DNA from: Verrucomicrobiia bacterium
Lineage (GTDB): Bacteria > Patescibacteriota > Saccharimonadia > Saccharimonadales > Saccharimonadaceae
DNA: 62,606 nt
Direction: 5' to 3'
Assembly: GCA_035493555.1 (NCBI GenBank)
Contig: DATJIC010000007.1
Location: 1 to 62,606, forward strand
In this document: one piece after another, positions 17,905 to 27,904 of the stretch
Layout: every line of letters starts with the position of its first letter
Numbering within the stretch: the first letter of the stretch is position 1
Notes under the pieces: model-generated
Seen by the model: the letters and a program-made list of their open reading frames with translations, nothing else
What the model was told of the DNA's origin: nothing
The model's database searches: none
Translations under genes and position numbers: made by a program

Positions 17905-18753
17905 TTAATCTCCTTTTACCACAATAGTTACCGCTATGGCACGATGGTCCGACCCCCCGTCAGGGCCAATAGTAAAATCACGTACTCCAATTTCGTCCGA
18001 TATAAGCGCATGGTCAATTTGCGCCAAACGGATGCTTGGCATGTAGAGACGGTCGCGCATCTTTGGCGTCGTTGTCGCCATATGCCGGGGATCAGCGTCG
18101 TGGAGCCCTGCCTCATTCTTAAGTCGACCCAAAACACGGCCCGTAGCCATATCCGCAAGCCGCGTCAGCGTGTGACGAAGCCCTGCGGCGGGGATATGAC
18201 CGGCCAGAAACCGCAGCATCCGCGAGCCAAAAATGCGCGCCCTGCCGGAAGGCCACATAGCGTTAAGGTCACCTATCATTACCTTTGGCATAACGGTTGC
18301 ATTTAGCTCCTCGACCGCTTCGGTTACCTGCCGCTCCCTTAGCTCTTCACTCCTGTCATCAAGATGTGTTGCAAAAATCCGCACCGGTTTTTCCGTCTCG
18401 GGATCACTTACCGTAAACGAAACCATGTGCCGCAAGCCGCCCCAGTAGTTCTTCCGTATATTCATAATAGGCAGCCGGCTCATTACCCGGAGCGAGGGGA
18501 TTTTGCCTAAATATTCACGCGACCAATCCCGCTCGCCCTGTCCGTATTCAACGTCATGCCATTCATAGCCTAGCGCTTTTAGACGATCATCAACTCCGGG
18601 TGCAACGTCTTCCAAATACGCTTCCGGAAGAATCACCACGGCAGCATTAAGCGATTCGATGCCATCAACAATATGCCCTGCAGACCCCCGGCCGCTCTTG
18701 GCGTAGCCGCTTAGCCGCCCTTCAACATTCCATGAGGCAATTTTTATCGCCAT
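17905..18753 (-). CDS. endonuclease/exonuclease/phosphatase (EEP) family protein
   Basis: 282 aa. The N-terminus is IASWNVEG. It also has THLD, GDLNA and a C-terminal SDHRAI motif. It starts 2 nt after the uvrB stop. Confidence 0.75.
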   Translation of the reverse strand: MAIKIASWNVEGRLSGYAKSGRGSAGHIVDGIESLNAAVVILPEAYLEDVAPGVDDRLKALGYEWHDVEYGQGERDWSREYLGKIPSLRVMSRLPIMNIRKNYWGGLRHMVSFTVSDPETEKPVRIFATHLDDRSEELRERQVTEAVEELNATVMPKVMIGDLNAMWPSGRARIFGSRMLRFLAGHIPAAGLRHTLTRLADMATGRVLGRLKNEAGLHDADPRHMATTTPKMRDRLYMPSIRLAQIDHALISDEIGVRDFTIGPDGGSDHRAIAVTIVVKGD

Positions 18754-18755
18754 AG

Positions 18756-20729
18756 TTACATTTTTGACTTAATGTCGGCAATCATATCGCGGATCTCGGC
18801 CGCTTTTTCAAACTCCAGGTTGGCACTGGCAAGCTCCATCTGACCCGTCAGCTCTTTAACTAACGTTTTGTATTCGTCTTTTGGAATCTTTTTTAGGTCA
18901 AGTTTTACCGGCTTGTCTTTATCTTTATCCGGAATAATCGCCCTAAGCCCTTCATCGATTTCTTTGGCGATACTTGTTGGGGTAATATTATGCTCTTCAT
19001 TGTATGCCTTTTGAATGGTGTGACGGCGCGTCGTTTCGTCAATGGCAGCCTGCATGGAGCGCGTAATGTTATCGGCATACATATATACGGTTCCCTCTTG
19101 GTGCCGGGCGGCGCGGCCGATTGTTTGCAGCAAGGCACTTTCGCTACGCAAAAAACCCTCTTTGTCGGCATCCATAATCGCCACCATGCTTACCTCTGGC
19201 AGGTCCAGACCTTCACGCAGCAGGTTGATCCCTACGAGTACGTCGTACACGCCCAAACGAAGGTCGCGTAAAATATCGCCGCGCTCCAGTGTATCGACAT
19301 CGCTGTGGATATAAGCGGTTTTAATGCCGATTTCCTGAATATAGGTCGAAAGATCCTCGGCCATGCGTTTGGTGAGCGTCGTTACAAGAACGCGCTGGTT
19401 CTTGTCGATCCGCTCACGGATCTCGGCAATAAGGTCATCGATCTGACCTTCGGTAGGACGAATCTCAATCCTCGGATCAAGCAGCCCGGTTGGTCGGATA
19501 ATCTGCTGCGCAGGCTCGGGGCTGTGCGCAAGCTCGTATTCGCCGGGCGTTGCTGAAACATAGATCGCCTGGTTAATGTGCGAATCGAATTCCGCAAAGG
19601 TCAGCGGACGGTTATCGAGCGCGCTGGGTAAACGGAACCCATAATCAACAAGTACCTCTTTTCGTGCCCGGTCGCCGTTGTACATACCGCGAACCTGAGG
19701 AAGAGATTGGTGGCTTTCATCTACCAGCAGCAAAAAATCATCCGGAAAATAGTCGAGTAGCGTTGCCGGCTGTTCGCCCGGTTCACGGTTTGTCAGATAC
19801 CGCGAGTAGTTCTCGATGCCTTTTACAAAACCGGTTTCCTCAAGCATCTCAATGTCGTATTTGGTCCGCTGGGAAAGCCGCTGGGCTTCAAGCAGTTTGT
19901 CGTGCTTTTCAAACCATTCAACGCGCTCGTCAAACTCTTTTTTAATTCCTTCAATGGCGTGCTCGAGTTTTTGCTTGGGTGTCACGTAGTGGCTGCTTGG
20001 AAAAATGGTGCAGTAACTTGGTTCGTCCAAAATTTCACCGGTCAGCGGGTCGATTTGTGTGATGCGGTCGACATCGTCGCCAAAAAACTCAATCCGGTAC
20101 GCAACGTCCTGGCCCGCCGGAAAGACATCAACAACATCGCCCTTCACCCGGAACGTGCCGCGATGAAAGTCTATGTCATTCCGCTGATACTGAATATCCG
20201 TTAACAGGCGCACGAATTTATCCTGCTGGCGCCGCTCACCTTTTGTTACCGTAATGGACATCTCGGCATAGTCATCGGGCGATCCAATGCCGTAAATACA
20301 ACTCACACTGGCAACAATAATAACGTCGCGGCGGGTTAAAAGTGCCGAGGTTGCCGCATGACGCAAGCGGTCGATCTCATCGTTGATTTTACTGTCTTTT
20401 TCAATATAGGTGTCGCTGCTGGAAATGTAAGCTTCTGGCTGATAGTAATCAAAGTAGCTGACAAAGTAGTGGACCTCGTTGTTTGGGAAAAAAGACTTAA
20501 ACTCACTGTACAGCTGGGCGGCGAGTGTTTTGTTATGCGCTAAAACGAGCGTGGGCACCTGGCGGTTTTGAATAATGTTTGCCATGGTAAACGTTTTACC
20601 GCTTCCCGTAACACCAAGCAGTGTCTGTTCGCGCTCACCCTTTTCGAGCCCATTAACAAGCTGGGCAATCGCGCTTGGCTGATCTCCCGTTGGCTGGTAT
20701 TTAGTCTCGAGCTGGAATTTTTGATCCAT
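18756..20729 (-). CDS. uvrB: excinuclease ABC subunit B
   Basis: 657 aa. It contains [14 protein letters not shown], helicase motifs and a C-terminal UVR domain ([11 protein letters not shown]). Confidence 0.95.
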   Translation of the reverse strand: MDQKFQLETKYQPTGDQPSAIAQLVNGLEKGEREQTLLGVTGSGKTFTMANIIQNRQVPTLVLAHNKTLAAQLYSEFKSFFPNNEVHYFVSYFDYYQPEAYISSSDTYIEKDSKINDEIDRLRHAATSALLTRRDVIIVASVSCIYGIGSPDDYAEMSITVTKGERRQQDKFVRLLTDIQYQRNDIDFHRGTFRVKGDVVDVFPAGQDVAYRIEFFGDDVDRITQIDPLTGEILDEPSYCTIFPSSHYVTPKQKLEHAIEGIKKEFDERVEWFEKHDKLLEAQRLSQRTKYDIEMLEETGFVKGIENYSRYLTNREPGEQPATLLDYFPDDFLLLVDESHQSLPQVRGMYNGDRARKEVLVDYGFRLPSALDNRPLTFAEFDSHINQAIYVSATPGEYELAHSPEPAQQIIRPTGLLDPRIEIRPTEGQIDDLIAEIRERIDKNQRVLVTTLTKRMAEDLSTYIQEIGIKTAYIHSDVDTLERGDILRDLRLGVYDVLVGINLLREGLDLPEVSMVAIMDADKEGFLRSESALLQTIGRAARHQEGTVYMYADNITRSMQAAIDETTRRHTIQKAYNEEHNITPTSIAKEIDEGLRAIIPDKDKDKPVKLDLKKIPKDEYKTLVKELTGQMELASANLEFEKAAEIRDMIADIKSKM

Positions 20730-20736
20730 CCCTACC

Positions 20737-20742
20737 AGTATA
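20737..20742 (-). promoter_or_regulatory. -10-like box TATACT 7 nt upstream of the uvrB ATG
   Basis: The reverse complement of 20730-20745 is TAGTATACTGGTAGGG, followed by ATG. It sits directly after the stop of the upstream gene. Confidence 0.3.
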
Positions 20743-21486
20743 CTACTCTTTACGGGCCGACTCGAGTATCTTAACTGCCGCTTTGTAATCGTCGGACTTC
20801 ATAAGATCTTTGATGGTTTGCATATCCGGCGAAGCAGGGCCCTTGTCGTTATTTTGGAGGTTCGGAAAAGAAATCTGAGCGATAATCAACGGCTGCTTAA
20901 CTGTTCCGTCATCATTTATCTGCAGTGCTGAGGCAACTCCCACAAACGCTACCGTACAAAATGCATCACCAACGGCAGCATGGGTTGCTCCTCCGTCTTC
21001 GGTAAGCCCAATATGGTAGTCGTAGCCACCATTCTCATGATCGTACATCGTTTCCACCAGAGCAGTCGGCTGGCCCGTAAGGTTTGTGTTTGCCGAAGGT
21101 TGAATAGCATATGAGCTAATTTTAAGATTGCTCTTCAAATCACATGTACCACCGATTCCCCCTGATGAGATGCTGATGCGTACGTCTACTTTCTCATCGG
21201 GGCTTTTTATGTGCAACCCGCTATTGCCCGCGGCTTCATACGGGGTATATTTCCATGTTTCCGGGTAATCCAACGCATAAATAGTGCTATGAAAAGCAAT
21301 CCGGGACGTTTTTAGCGTTTGTTCAGTCGACTTTTTTGACTGCTGCTGCGTCTGGCTGGTTTCAGGTTTTTTCTGGATAAAGTTTTGATAAAACACAACG
21401 CCAAGCGAGGCCATAAGTGCTAAAAATAGTACTGCGATAATTACTATCGATGCGCTGCCGCCGCGGGTGCTGATGTGTTTTTTCAT
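20743..21486 (-). CDS. hypothetical membrane-anchored extracytoplasmic protein
   Basis: I start it at the ATG at 21486 ([32 protein letters not shown]), preceded by AAAGGAGAGG. It has an N-terminal anchor and then a Q/S/T-rich linker. Confidence 0.5.
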   Translation of the reverse strand: MKKHISTRGGSASIVIIAVLFLALMASLGVVFYQNFIQKKPETSQTQQQSKKSTEQTLKTSRIAFHSTIYALDYPETWKYTPYEAAGNSGLHIKSPDEKVDVRISISSGGIGGTCDLKSNLKISSYAIQPSANTNLTGQPTALVETMYDHENGGYDYHIGLTEDGGATHAAVGDAFCTVAFVGVASALQINDDGTVKQPLIIAQISFPNLQNNDKGPASPDMQTIKDLMKSDDYKAAVKILESARKE

Positions 21487-21496
21487 TGCCTCTCCT

Positions 21497-22105
21497 TTAT
21501 CCTTCGCCGTAACGTTTGGGGCTGATTTGGCTGTCCATGCCGTCATCCTGAAAATCCGCGTATTTTTCATCGAGTGCGGCCACTACTTTTGCCACCAACC
21601 GCTTTGGATCGGTATCAAATATCACATCTTTCGCACCCGGCGCTTCAATATGCTTTAGGAGTGTTTGGGCATAGTCGGCCAGGCCGCCGCTGCCAAGCAG
21701 AACCCCGCACACTTTACGGCTCTCAAGCGCCGTAGAGAACTCGTGCAAGCTCCCCATGCGGCCGCCTACCGTAATAATGCCGTCACAGCTGCGCACCAGG
21801 TGGACATCGCGCCCAACGTATTCCATGCTAGTAAAGTTAATGTAGTCAAACTCTTTTGTTGGCAGCCTGTACGTTGCCACGTGCTCACGGAACGAACTGG
21901 CGGGTGAAAAGCCAACGGATACCCCGTGAGAATCGGGCACGCTCATAAACCCGCGGGCAGCATAGTGCGGCAACCCTACCGTTGCACCAGTTAGCAGCGT
22001 CTTGCCGGCAATAGCAATCTCTTTACCAAGCTCGTACGCCATCTGATGTGACGTATGAACCGTATCACCACTAGCCGCACCAGATACACAAATCTGATAT
22101 CTCAT
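21497..22105 (-). CDS. LOG/SLOG-superfamily protein (TIGR00725-like)
   Basis: 202 aa. It has an N-terminal Rossmann-like ICVSGAASG and a VGGRMGSLHE motif resembling the PGGxGTxxE of LOG proteins. It starts 2 nt after the upstream stop. Confidence 0.6.
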   Translation of the reverse strand: MRYQICVSGAASGDTVHTSHQMAYELGKEIAIAGKTLLTGATVGLPHYAARGFMSVPDSHGVSVGFSPASSFREHVATYRLPTKEFDYINFTSMEYVGRDVHLVRSCDGIITVGGRMGSLHEFSTALESRKVCGVLLGSGGLADYAQTLLKHIEAPGAKDVIFDTDPKRLVAKVVAALDEKYADFQDDGMDSQISPKRYGEG

Positions 22106-22107
22106 AC

Positions 22108-23355
22108 TTAGTTGCCTGCCTTTAGATTCTCTGGTGCAATCATATCATTGTCCAGCTGGCTCAACACCTGCTGTTCAAGGTTAGGATAACTCATGTAGCG
22201 GATAAATATCTCGTTCCATAGGCTCTCGCGCATGTGATAAAAATAGCGCTCTTCAAACGGCATACCATTGGCATAACTGAGTGACATATCAACAAAATTA
22301 ACCGCTACGGGCAGGCCGTCGTCAAAGATAAGACCAACGTAATCAACATCTTGCCAAAACTTCATTTCCGGATCAATCTGGTAAAGTAGATCTTCTGCCT
22401 TACGCCAGTGAAGATCCTCTGGGTGAACGTGCGGCTCAAAATCTTCCTTGTGCGATTCGTCTTTTAGCTTACCGAAATACCGCTGAATGACGCGCCAGTG
22501 AACATACTGACCGGCCATTTGGCTCGCCGTGCCTGGGTCGGCAATAAGGGTCGTCACAACCGTTTCGCCAAAGTTAGGTTGCGCTGCTTTCAGTTTAAAA
22601 AAGTTGGAATATAATTTTACTTCGTTAAGATAGTGCAAAAGTAATGGCAGCGTTTTAAGCGTCAGCCCCTTGGAGTGCTCATCGCGCAGCGGCACGACAA
22701 CAATGACACCCAGCTCTTTGGTGTGGGTTACGTTATGCAGCTTTTTCTGTGTAAAATGCTCGGCCAGGTCGACGTATTTGTCATGATCCATGGCAAGTAT
22801 GCGGATATCACGCTCTTCGTAATCATCGGGCGTAACGGTTTTTAGACGTTCGTTGTATTCGTTGAGCCAATCGCCACCTTCGGAAAAACGGAGTGCCGTA
22901 TACAGCTCGTCAAAATCCTCGCCGTCAAACATAGCATCAACCGTGTCGTACCCAAGCCGCTGCATAAGGTTTTTAGGGGGCATTTGGCGCAGGAATTCTT
23001 TTGCCTTGTCGCGCTTCATGACAAAAACGGTCCGGTTAAAATCAACCTTGTTAGCGGCGTCGATAAGAAGCGGCACCAACTGCCGCACATCGCTGCTGTC
23101 CGTTGCGCCAACTAATTTGGTTACCCGCTCGTTGTCGCTGGCTATCCGCGCCAGAAGCGCTTGGTAAAATTCCTTTCCGGTTGTGTTCGCCGGGTCAAGC
23201 CCAAGCTGGCGCATGCGGTCGTGAGCCCTTTCGGTAATATCGCCAATAAGCCGAGCATCGGCGCCTGGGTGACCGCTTGCTTTTTCAAGCTGGGCAATTG
23301 AGGTAGAAAAAATCGGTTCCTCAGCATCTAGCAGGTCACGTAAAAATTTAGCCAT
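22108..23355 (-). CDS. hypothetical cytosolic protein, 415 aa, no recognisable domain
   Basis: It is a long ORF with no TM segment or signal peptide, preceded by the SD-like sequence GAAGGGGAAAG. I recognise no motifs. Confidence 0.6.
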   Translation of the reverse strand: MAKFLRDLLDAEEPIFSTSIAQLEKASGHPGADARLIGDITERAHDRMRQLGLDPANTTGKEFYQALLARIASDNERVTKLVGATDSSDVRQLVPLLIDAANKVDFNRTVFVMKRDKAKEFLRQMPPKNLMQRLGYDTVDAMFDGEDFDELYTALRFSEGGDWLNEYNERLKTVTPDDYEERDIRILAMDHDKYVDLAEHFTQKKLHNVTHTKELGVIVVVPLRDEHSKGLTLKTLPLLLHYLNEVKLYSNFFKLKAAQPNFGETVVTTLIADPGTASQMAGQYVHWRVIQRYFGKLKDESHKEDFEPHVHPEDLHWRKAEDLLYQIDPEMKFWQDVDYVGLIFDDGLPVAVNFVDMSLSYANGMPFEERYFYHMRESLWNEIFIRYMSYPNLEQQVLSQLDNDMIAPENLKAGN

Positions 23356-23373
23356 TTCTGTCTTTCCCCTTCA

Positions 23374-23397
23374 TATCTCTATATGAGATACAGTATA
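23374..23397 (-). promoter_or_regulatory. -10 box TATACT (23397-23392) followed by an inverted repeat TATCTC-N5-GAGATA (23374-23390), a possible operator
   Basis: Read directly in the 60-nt spacer between the pfkB-family gene and the 415-aa gene. Confidence 0.3.
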
Positions 23398-23415
23398 TCA
23401 TGTTTATGCTTGCGG

Positions 23416-24387
23416 CTAGAAGGGTTTCTCGCTGATCGGCATCGAGTGGAGCTTTGTGGGAGCTTGCAAAATACCCACCTTTGCACCGATTTTTGTCACG
23501 ACCGACGTCGAGTTGGCACTGGCAAAAATAACCGCTTCTTTGAGCGATTTGCCAAGCGCCCATTGGCTTAGGAATCCCGAGCCAAACGCGTCCCCCGCAC
23601 CCGTGCGGTCAATGACTTTCACGTCTTCGTACATACCTGCCCGAACAATCGTTTTGCCATCGGTTGCGACAACGCCATTGGGACCATCGCTGACAACAGC
23701 GACAGAAACGTAATGAAGCAGATGCCGGGCAAGTTCCTCGAGCGTTTCGCCCGAGACAAGCTCCTGCGCCTCTTCTTTGTTCATGGCAAGAACTTCAACG
23801 TCCTCAAGTATTGCTTTTAGCTTGCCCGGCTCCTCAAGCTCAACACCAGATGGGTTCATCATAATTTTAACGCCCTCTTTGGCAGCGCGTTCGGCAATCG
23901 CGTCAAGCAATGCCATATTGTTAATAGACGAAAGGTACACCCAATCAACTCCCTTTAAAACATCTAGACTAATTGGGTGGCTGTGTTTTTTCATCGGAGT
24001 ACCGATGTAGTTAAGCACGGTTCGCTCACCCGTAGGGGCAAGTAGGATAGTTGAGTAACTGGGGCGAAAATCGGGATCCTGGCGCACTCCGGAGGTGTCG
24101 ATACCTTCATCGTCCAGATTAGTCAAAATCCCTTGGCTAACGGTATCCGTGCCTATCTCCCAGGCATATTTGCTGTGCAGTCCTTGCCGGGCAAAGGTAA
24201 CGGCTACATTGGTTGCATTACCACCGGTCGCAAAAACAATATCGTCAATATGAATTTTCTTACCCAAAGGCAGTTGTTCGTACTGGACGCCTTTATGCAT
24301 ATATGGCTGGAAATCTTTACTACTCTGCAAGAAGACATCCTGGGACGCCTTGCCAATAGCTAGCATGACTGGTTTTTTAGCTGTCAT
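23416..24387 (-). CDS. PfkB-family carbohydrate/sugar-phosphate kinase
   Basis: 323 aa. It has an N-terminal GxxxxD motif, an NxxE-like region and the C-terminal DRTGAGDAFGSGF signature (PfkB motif 2). Confidence 0.8.
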   Translation of the reverse strand: MTAKKPVMLAIGKASQDVFLQSSKDFQPYMHKGVQYEQLPLGKKIHIDDIVFATGGNATNVAVTFARQGLHSKYAWEIGTDTVSQGILTNLDDEGIDTSGVRQDPDFRPSYSTILLAPTGERTVLNYIGTPMKKHSHPISLDVLKGVDWVYLSSINNMALLDAIAERAAKEGVKIMMNPSGVELEEPGKLKAILEDVEVLAMNKEEAQELVSGETLEELARHLLHYVSVAVVSDGPNGVVATDGKTIVRAGMYEDVKVIDRTGAGDAFGSGFLSQWALGKSLKEAVIFASANSTSVVTKIGAKVGILQAPTKLHSMPISEKPF

Positions 24388-24407
24388 ATATCCTTATGCG
24401 GCCGTGA

Positions 24408-25319
24408 CTACACGACCGCCTTTCCGGCACTGCCAAATGCACCGATTTTTTCTTCAACCACTTTTTGAACTGCTTCGTATACCTGCGGCATAAGCTTCAC
24501 CACAGCATATTCGTCCGGGTTATCCGCTAATACTTTTTCGAGCGTTTTGCGGAATGCGTAGCGCATATCGCTGTTGATATTTATCTTGCTCACACCAACT
24601 TTTGCTGCCTCTTCAAAGTAATGAAGCGGCGTGCCACTTCCGCCATGAAGACTGATCTGACAATCAATACCATTGCGAATCTCCTGCAACAGCTCGATAT
24701 CCAGCTCTTTAGGCACCGGGTAAAGACCGTGAAGGTTGCCGATTTGTACGGCGATAGTATCAATACCCGTCTGCTTTACAAAATCAACAGCCTCGCTTGG
24801 TTTGGTGTTATATTTTTTTACTTCTTCGTAATCTATCGTCTCCGTGTGCAGATTTGACGAGCCCATAAAGTAGCGCTCTTCAGCCTCAACGAGCGCACCC
24901 GTAAACTTAGCATATTCCACTACCTCTTTGGTTTTGGCGACGATTTCATCGAGTGGCGCATCGTGGTTGGCCTGCGAGATATCGATATGGATAAACTCAA
25001 AACCGGCGTCGATTGCCCGCTTGCAGGCTTCGACGGTTGGGCTGTGGTCAAGGTTTATATACATTTCAAGACCATACTCGTTTTTGTAGTTATCAACCAT
25101 GTCACGAATGTTATCGAGCCCAAGGGCTTCAACTTCGCCGTGACTTACCTCAACCAGCACAGGTGACTGCAGCTTTTGCGCCGCTTTTACGACCGCAATA
25201 AGCGTCTCCTGGTTATCAATATTAAATGCGCCTACCGCAAAATTTTGGCTGCGGGACCGTTGCATTAAATGGCGCGCACGGACCGTATTGTCGCGAATCT
25301 GTTTAATAGTTAAACCCAT
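24408..25319 (-). CDS. fba: class II fructose/tagatose-bisphosphate aldolase
   Basis: 303 aa. It contains FNIDN, LDHS, LHGGSG and other class II FBA features. Confidence 0.85.
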   Translation of the reverse strand: MGLTIKQIRDNTVRARHLMQRSRSQNFAVGAFNIDNQETLIAVVKAAQKLQSPVLVEVSHGEVEALGLDNIRDMVDNYKNEYGLEMYINLDHSPTVEACKRAIDAGFEFIHIDISQANHDAPLDEIVAKTKEVVEYAKFTGALVEAEERYFMGSSNLHTETIDYEEVKKYNTKPSEAVDFVKQTGIDTIAVQIGNLHGLYPVPKELDIELLQEIRNGIDCQISLHGGSGTPLHYFEEAAKVGVSKININSDMRYAFRKTLEKVLADNPDEYAVVKLMPQVYEAVQKVVEEKIGAFGSAGKAVV

Positions 25320-25328
25320 AATTCCTCC

Positions 25329-26327
25329 TTAGAATCCCTGATGATAACGTGGCACGTCTTGCGTGAACTGCTTAACTGTCGTTGCGATTGATGCACTGTC
25401 GAGTCCAAAATGTTCAATGAGCTCATCGGGAGTACCACTCTCGCCAAAATGATCTTTCATACCAATACGCTTTAGCGGCGTTGGTAACTTGTCTCCCAGC
25501 AGTTCAGCAACGGCGCCACCAAGACCGCCGGCCATTTGCGCCTCTTCAGCAGTAACGGCACGGCCAGTTTTTCGAACGCTCGTAAGGATCGTTTCCTCAT
25601 CCAACGGCTTGACGGTCGGAACATGGACAACTTCTGCTTGGACGCCTTGCTCTTCAAGCGACTTTGCCGCAACAAGCATTTGGTAGGTCATCGTTCCGGT
25701 CCCAATAAGCGTTACATCGGTTCCCTCACGAAGAACATACGCCTTACCAATTTCAAATGGCGAGTCGTCCGTGCTAAAAATAGGCGTTCCTTCGCGGGCA
25801 AGCCTCATATAGCTTGGCTTGTCGTTCGTGGCGATCGCAAGCGTCGCTTTTTCTGCCTCAATACTGTCACCCGGCGCAATAACGATCATATTCGGAAGCA
25901 CACGCATAAGTGCGATGTCTTCAAGCATCTGGTGGGTTGCACCGTCCGGACCAACGCTGACGCCAGCGTGGGATCCTATAATTTTTACCGGCTGATCATT
26001 AAGCGCGATGGTCGTTCGGATCTGCTCCCAGTTACGACCAGGGCTGAATGCCGCGTAGCTGCTCGCAAACGGAACTTTGCCGGCCCGGGCCAGACCGCTC
26101 GCAAGCGTCACGAGGTTTTGTTCGGCGATGCCCACCTGTATAAACCGTTCAGGAAAAGCCTCTTTAAAAAGAGACATTTTTGTACTGTCGGTGAGATCAG
26201 CACACAAGGCAACGATGCGATCATTGGTTTCGCCGGCCGTCTTTAGGCCGCGGCCAAACCCGGCCCGTATTGGTTCGCGCTTCACAGAATCGGCAAAGAG
26301 TTCGGGGTTAAGCGGATAGTCGGTCAT
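25329..26327 (-). CDS. transketolase, C-terminal (pyrimidine-binding) subunit
   Basis: 332 aa. It contains the IAEQN motif (GIAEQNLV). Its ATG overlaps the TGA of the N-terminal subunit gene (ATGA). Confidence 0.9.
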   Translation of the reverse strand: MTDYPLNPELFADSVKREPIRAGFGRGLKTAGETNDRIVALCADLTDSTKMSLFKEAFPERFIQVGIAEQNLVTLASGLARAGKVPFASSYAAFSPGRNWEQIRTTIALNDQPVKIIGSHAGVSVGPDGATHQMLEDIALMRVLPNMIVIAPGDSIEAEKATLAIATNDKPSYMRLAREGTPIFSTDDSPFEIGKAYVLREGTDVTLIGTGTMTYQMLVAAKSLEEQGVQAEVVHVPTVKPLDEETILTSVRKTGRAVTAEEAQMAGGLGGAVAELLGDKLPTPLKRIGMKDHFGESGTPDELIEHFGLDSASIATTVKQFTQDVPRYHQGF

Positions 26328-27187
26328 TCCATGTCTCCTGAGGTAATTTTGCCATCAAGGGTCCTTAGCTTTGTCAAAGCTTCTTTTGCCTGCGCGCTAT
26401 TAGGCGGAACCCCATGCCACTTATAGTCATATTCCATAAAATCAACACCCTTGCCCGGAATCGTGTGCGTAATAATAATACTTGGGCGATTCGTAATAGC
26501 ACGGGCCATACTTGCCGCGTCTATGACGCTCTCGATATTATGGCCGTCAATTTCCTGTACATGCCAGCCAAACGATTCCCATTTGCCACGCAGATCCTCA
26601 AGCGGCATAATCGCTTCGGTCGAGCCGTCAATCTGGATATTATTGCGGTCAATAAACACAACCAGCTGGCTTAACTTATACTTACCCGCGAACATCGCGG
26701 CTTCCCATATATTGCCTTCGTCCAACTCGCCATCGCCCGTTACAACGTACACAAAGCGGTGTCTTGCGTTATCAAGGTACTGAAGACTATACGCGTACCC
26801 TGCAGCCTGGCTTAATCCGCTCCCTAACGGACCGCTCGTGTTCTCTAATCCCGGCAGTTTTGTGCGCTCCGGGTGGCCTTGCAAACGGCTCCCCAGTTTA
26901 CGCAGCGTCTGAAGTTCCTCAACAGGAAAATAGCCGCGCTCCGCCATTACCGCGTACTGAACGGGAACGGTATGCCCGTTACTTAGGAAGAACAAGTCGC
27001 GCTCCGGCCAATCTGGGCGTGCCGGGTCAATATTCATAATATTAAAATAAAGTGCCGTTACGACATCCGCGAGGTCTAATGGCCCTGCACTGTGTCCGCT
27101 TCCAGCCTCTTCAAGCATCCGAATAATGTCCTTACGGACTTCATTGGCCTTTTGCTCTAACTGCGTTACGGTTAATTTAACACTCAC
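26324..27187 (-). CDS. transketolase, N-terminal (thiamine-diphosphate-binding) subunit
   Basis: 287 aa. It contains GSGHSAGPL and the GDGELDEGNIWEA ThDP motif. Confidence 0.9.
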   Translation of the reverse strand: MSVKLTVTQLEQKANEVRKDIIRMLEEAGSGHSAGPLDLADVVTALYFNIMNIDPARPDWPERDLFFLSNGHTVPVQYAVMAERGYFPVEELQTLRKLGSRLQGHPERTKLPGLENTSGPLGSGLSQAAGYAYSLQYLDNARHRFVYVVTGDGELDEGNIWEAAMFAGKYKLSQLVVFIDRNNIQIDGSTEAIMPLEDLRGKWESFGWHVQEIDGHNIESVIDAASMARAITNRPSIIITHTIPGKGVDFMEYDYKWHGVPPNSAQAKEALTKLRTLDGKITSGDME

Positions 27188-27259
27188 TCTGTCGCGACCC
27201 TCCTTGAGCGCTTATGCTTTACTACCATGGTAGCATGATTTTTCGTCTTCTAAAATGCG

Positions 27260-27904
27260 CTAGATCACTCCGTGTTTGTTTATTTCATTCACGAGGGCCG
27301 TATATGTAGCCTGCGGGTCATCCGACTTGGCAATCACCCCGCCGACGTTCAGTACATCGACGCCACCCTGAGCTAAGCTGTAGGCATTTTCAACATTGGC
27401 GCCGCCATCCCAGCCTATTTCTACGTCTTGGTGGATCATCCTGATAAGACGCACCTTTTCAAGCTGCATGAGGCTCGCTGTTCCCCCGTACTTTCCAAGT
27501 TCACCACTAAAAATCATCACGTGGTCGGCAGCTTCAATTGCTGCCTTTACGGTGCTCGGTACCGTTGAACGGAGAAGTGCCACGCCTGCTTTAATACCAA
27601 ACTGCTTAACATGCTGCAGTACCGGGACAATATCTTCTTGGACTTCTGCGTGAAAAATAATAAGGTGCGGTTTTAGGCTGATAAGTGTCTCCAGATGTTC
27701 ACTCGGCCGCGCAACCATGGCGTGAATATCCACCGTCCATTCTTGTGGCCACCAAACCTGAGCGGCACCAACCGTAAACGATGGCGCGAATTCACCGTCA
27801 CAGACATCCACATGTACGCGCTGCGCAAAAGGATGAATACGCTCGACCATAGCTTTATAATCATCGGGAGTTTCGGCCAAAATCGCCGGTGCAATAACAC
27901 TCAT
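27260..27904 (-). CDS. rpe: ribulose-phosphate 3-epimerase family protein (divergent)
   Basis: 214 aa. VHVDVCDGEFAP corresponds to the H-x-D-x-M-D-G-x-F-V-P motif. It has a TIM-barrel-like pattern and sits between rpiB and tkt. Confidence 0.65.
   Translation of the reverse strand: MSVIAPAILAETPDDYKAMVERIHPFAQRVHVDVCDGEFAPSFTVGAAQVWWPQEWTVDIHAMVARPSEHLETLISLKPHLIIFHAEVQEDIVPVLQHVKQFGIKAGVALLRSTVPSTVKAAIEAADHVMIFSGELGKYGGTASLMQLEKVRLIRMIHQDVEIGWDGGANVENAYSLAQGGVDVLNVGGVIAKSDDPQATYTALVNEINKHGVI

Noticed and set aside
25536-26246. Long antisense ORFs opposite conserved genes (for example 25536-26246, 43336-43932, 44985-45608, 6334-6993 and 1410-1961)
   Set aside because: Each lies entirely inside a strongly supported gene on the other strand. 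Their composition is low-complexity or Arg/Ser/Cys-rich and they have no recognisable motifs. They are typical shadow ORFs.
25329-27187. Transketolase split into two ORFs, considered as a possible pseudogene or frameshift
   Set aside because: Separate N-terminal and C-terminal transketolase subunit genes with an ATGA junction are a well-known natural arrangement in many bacteria and archaea. Both halves look intact.
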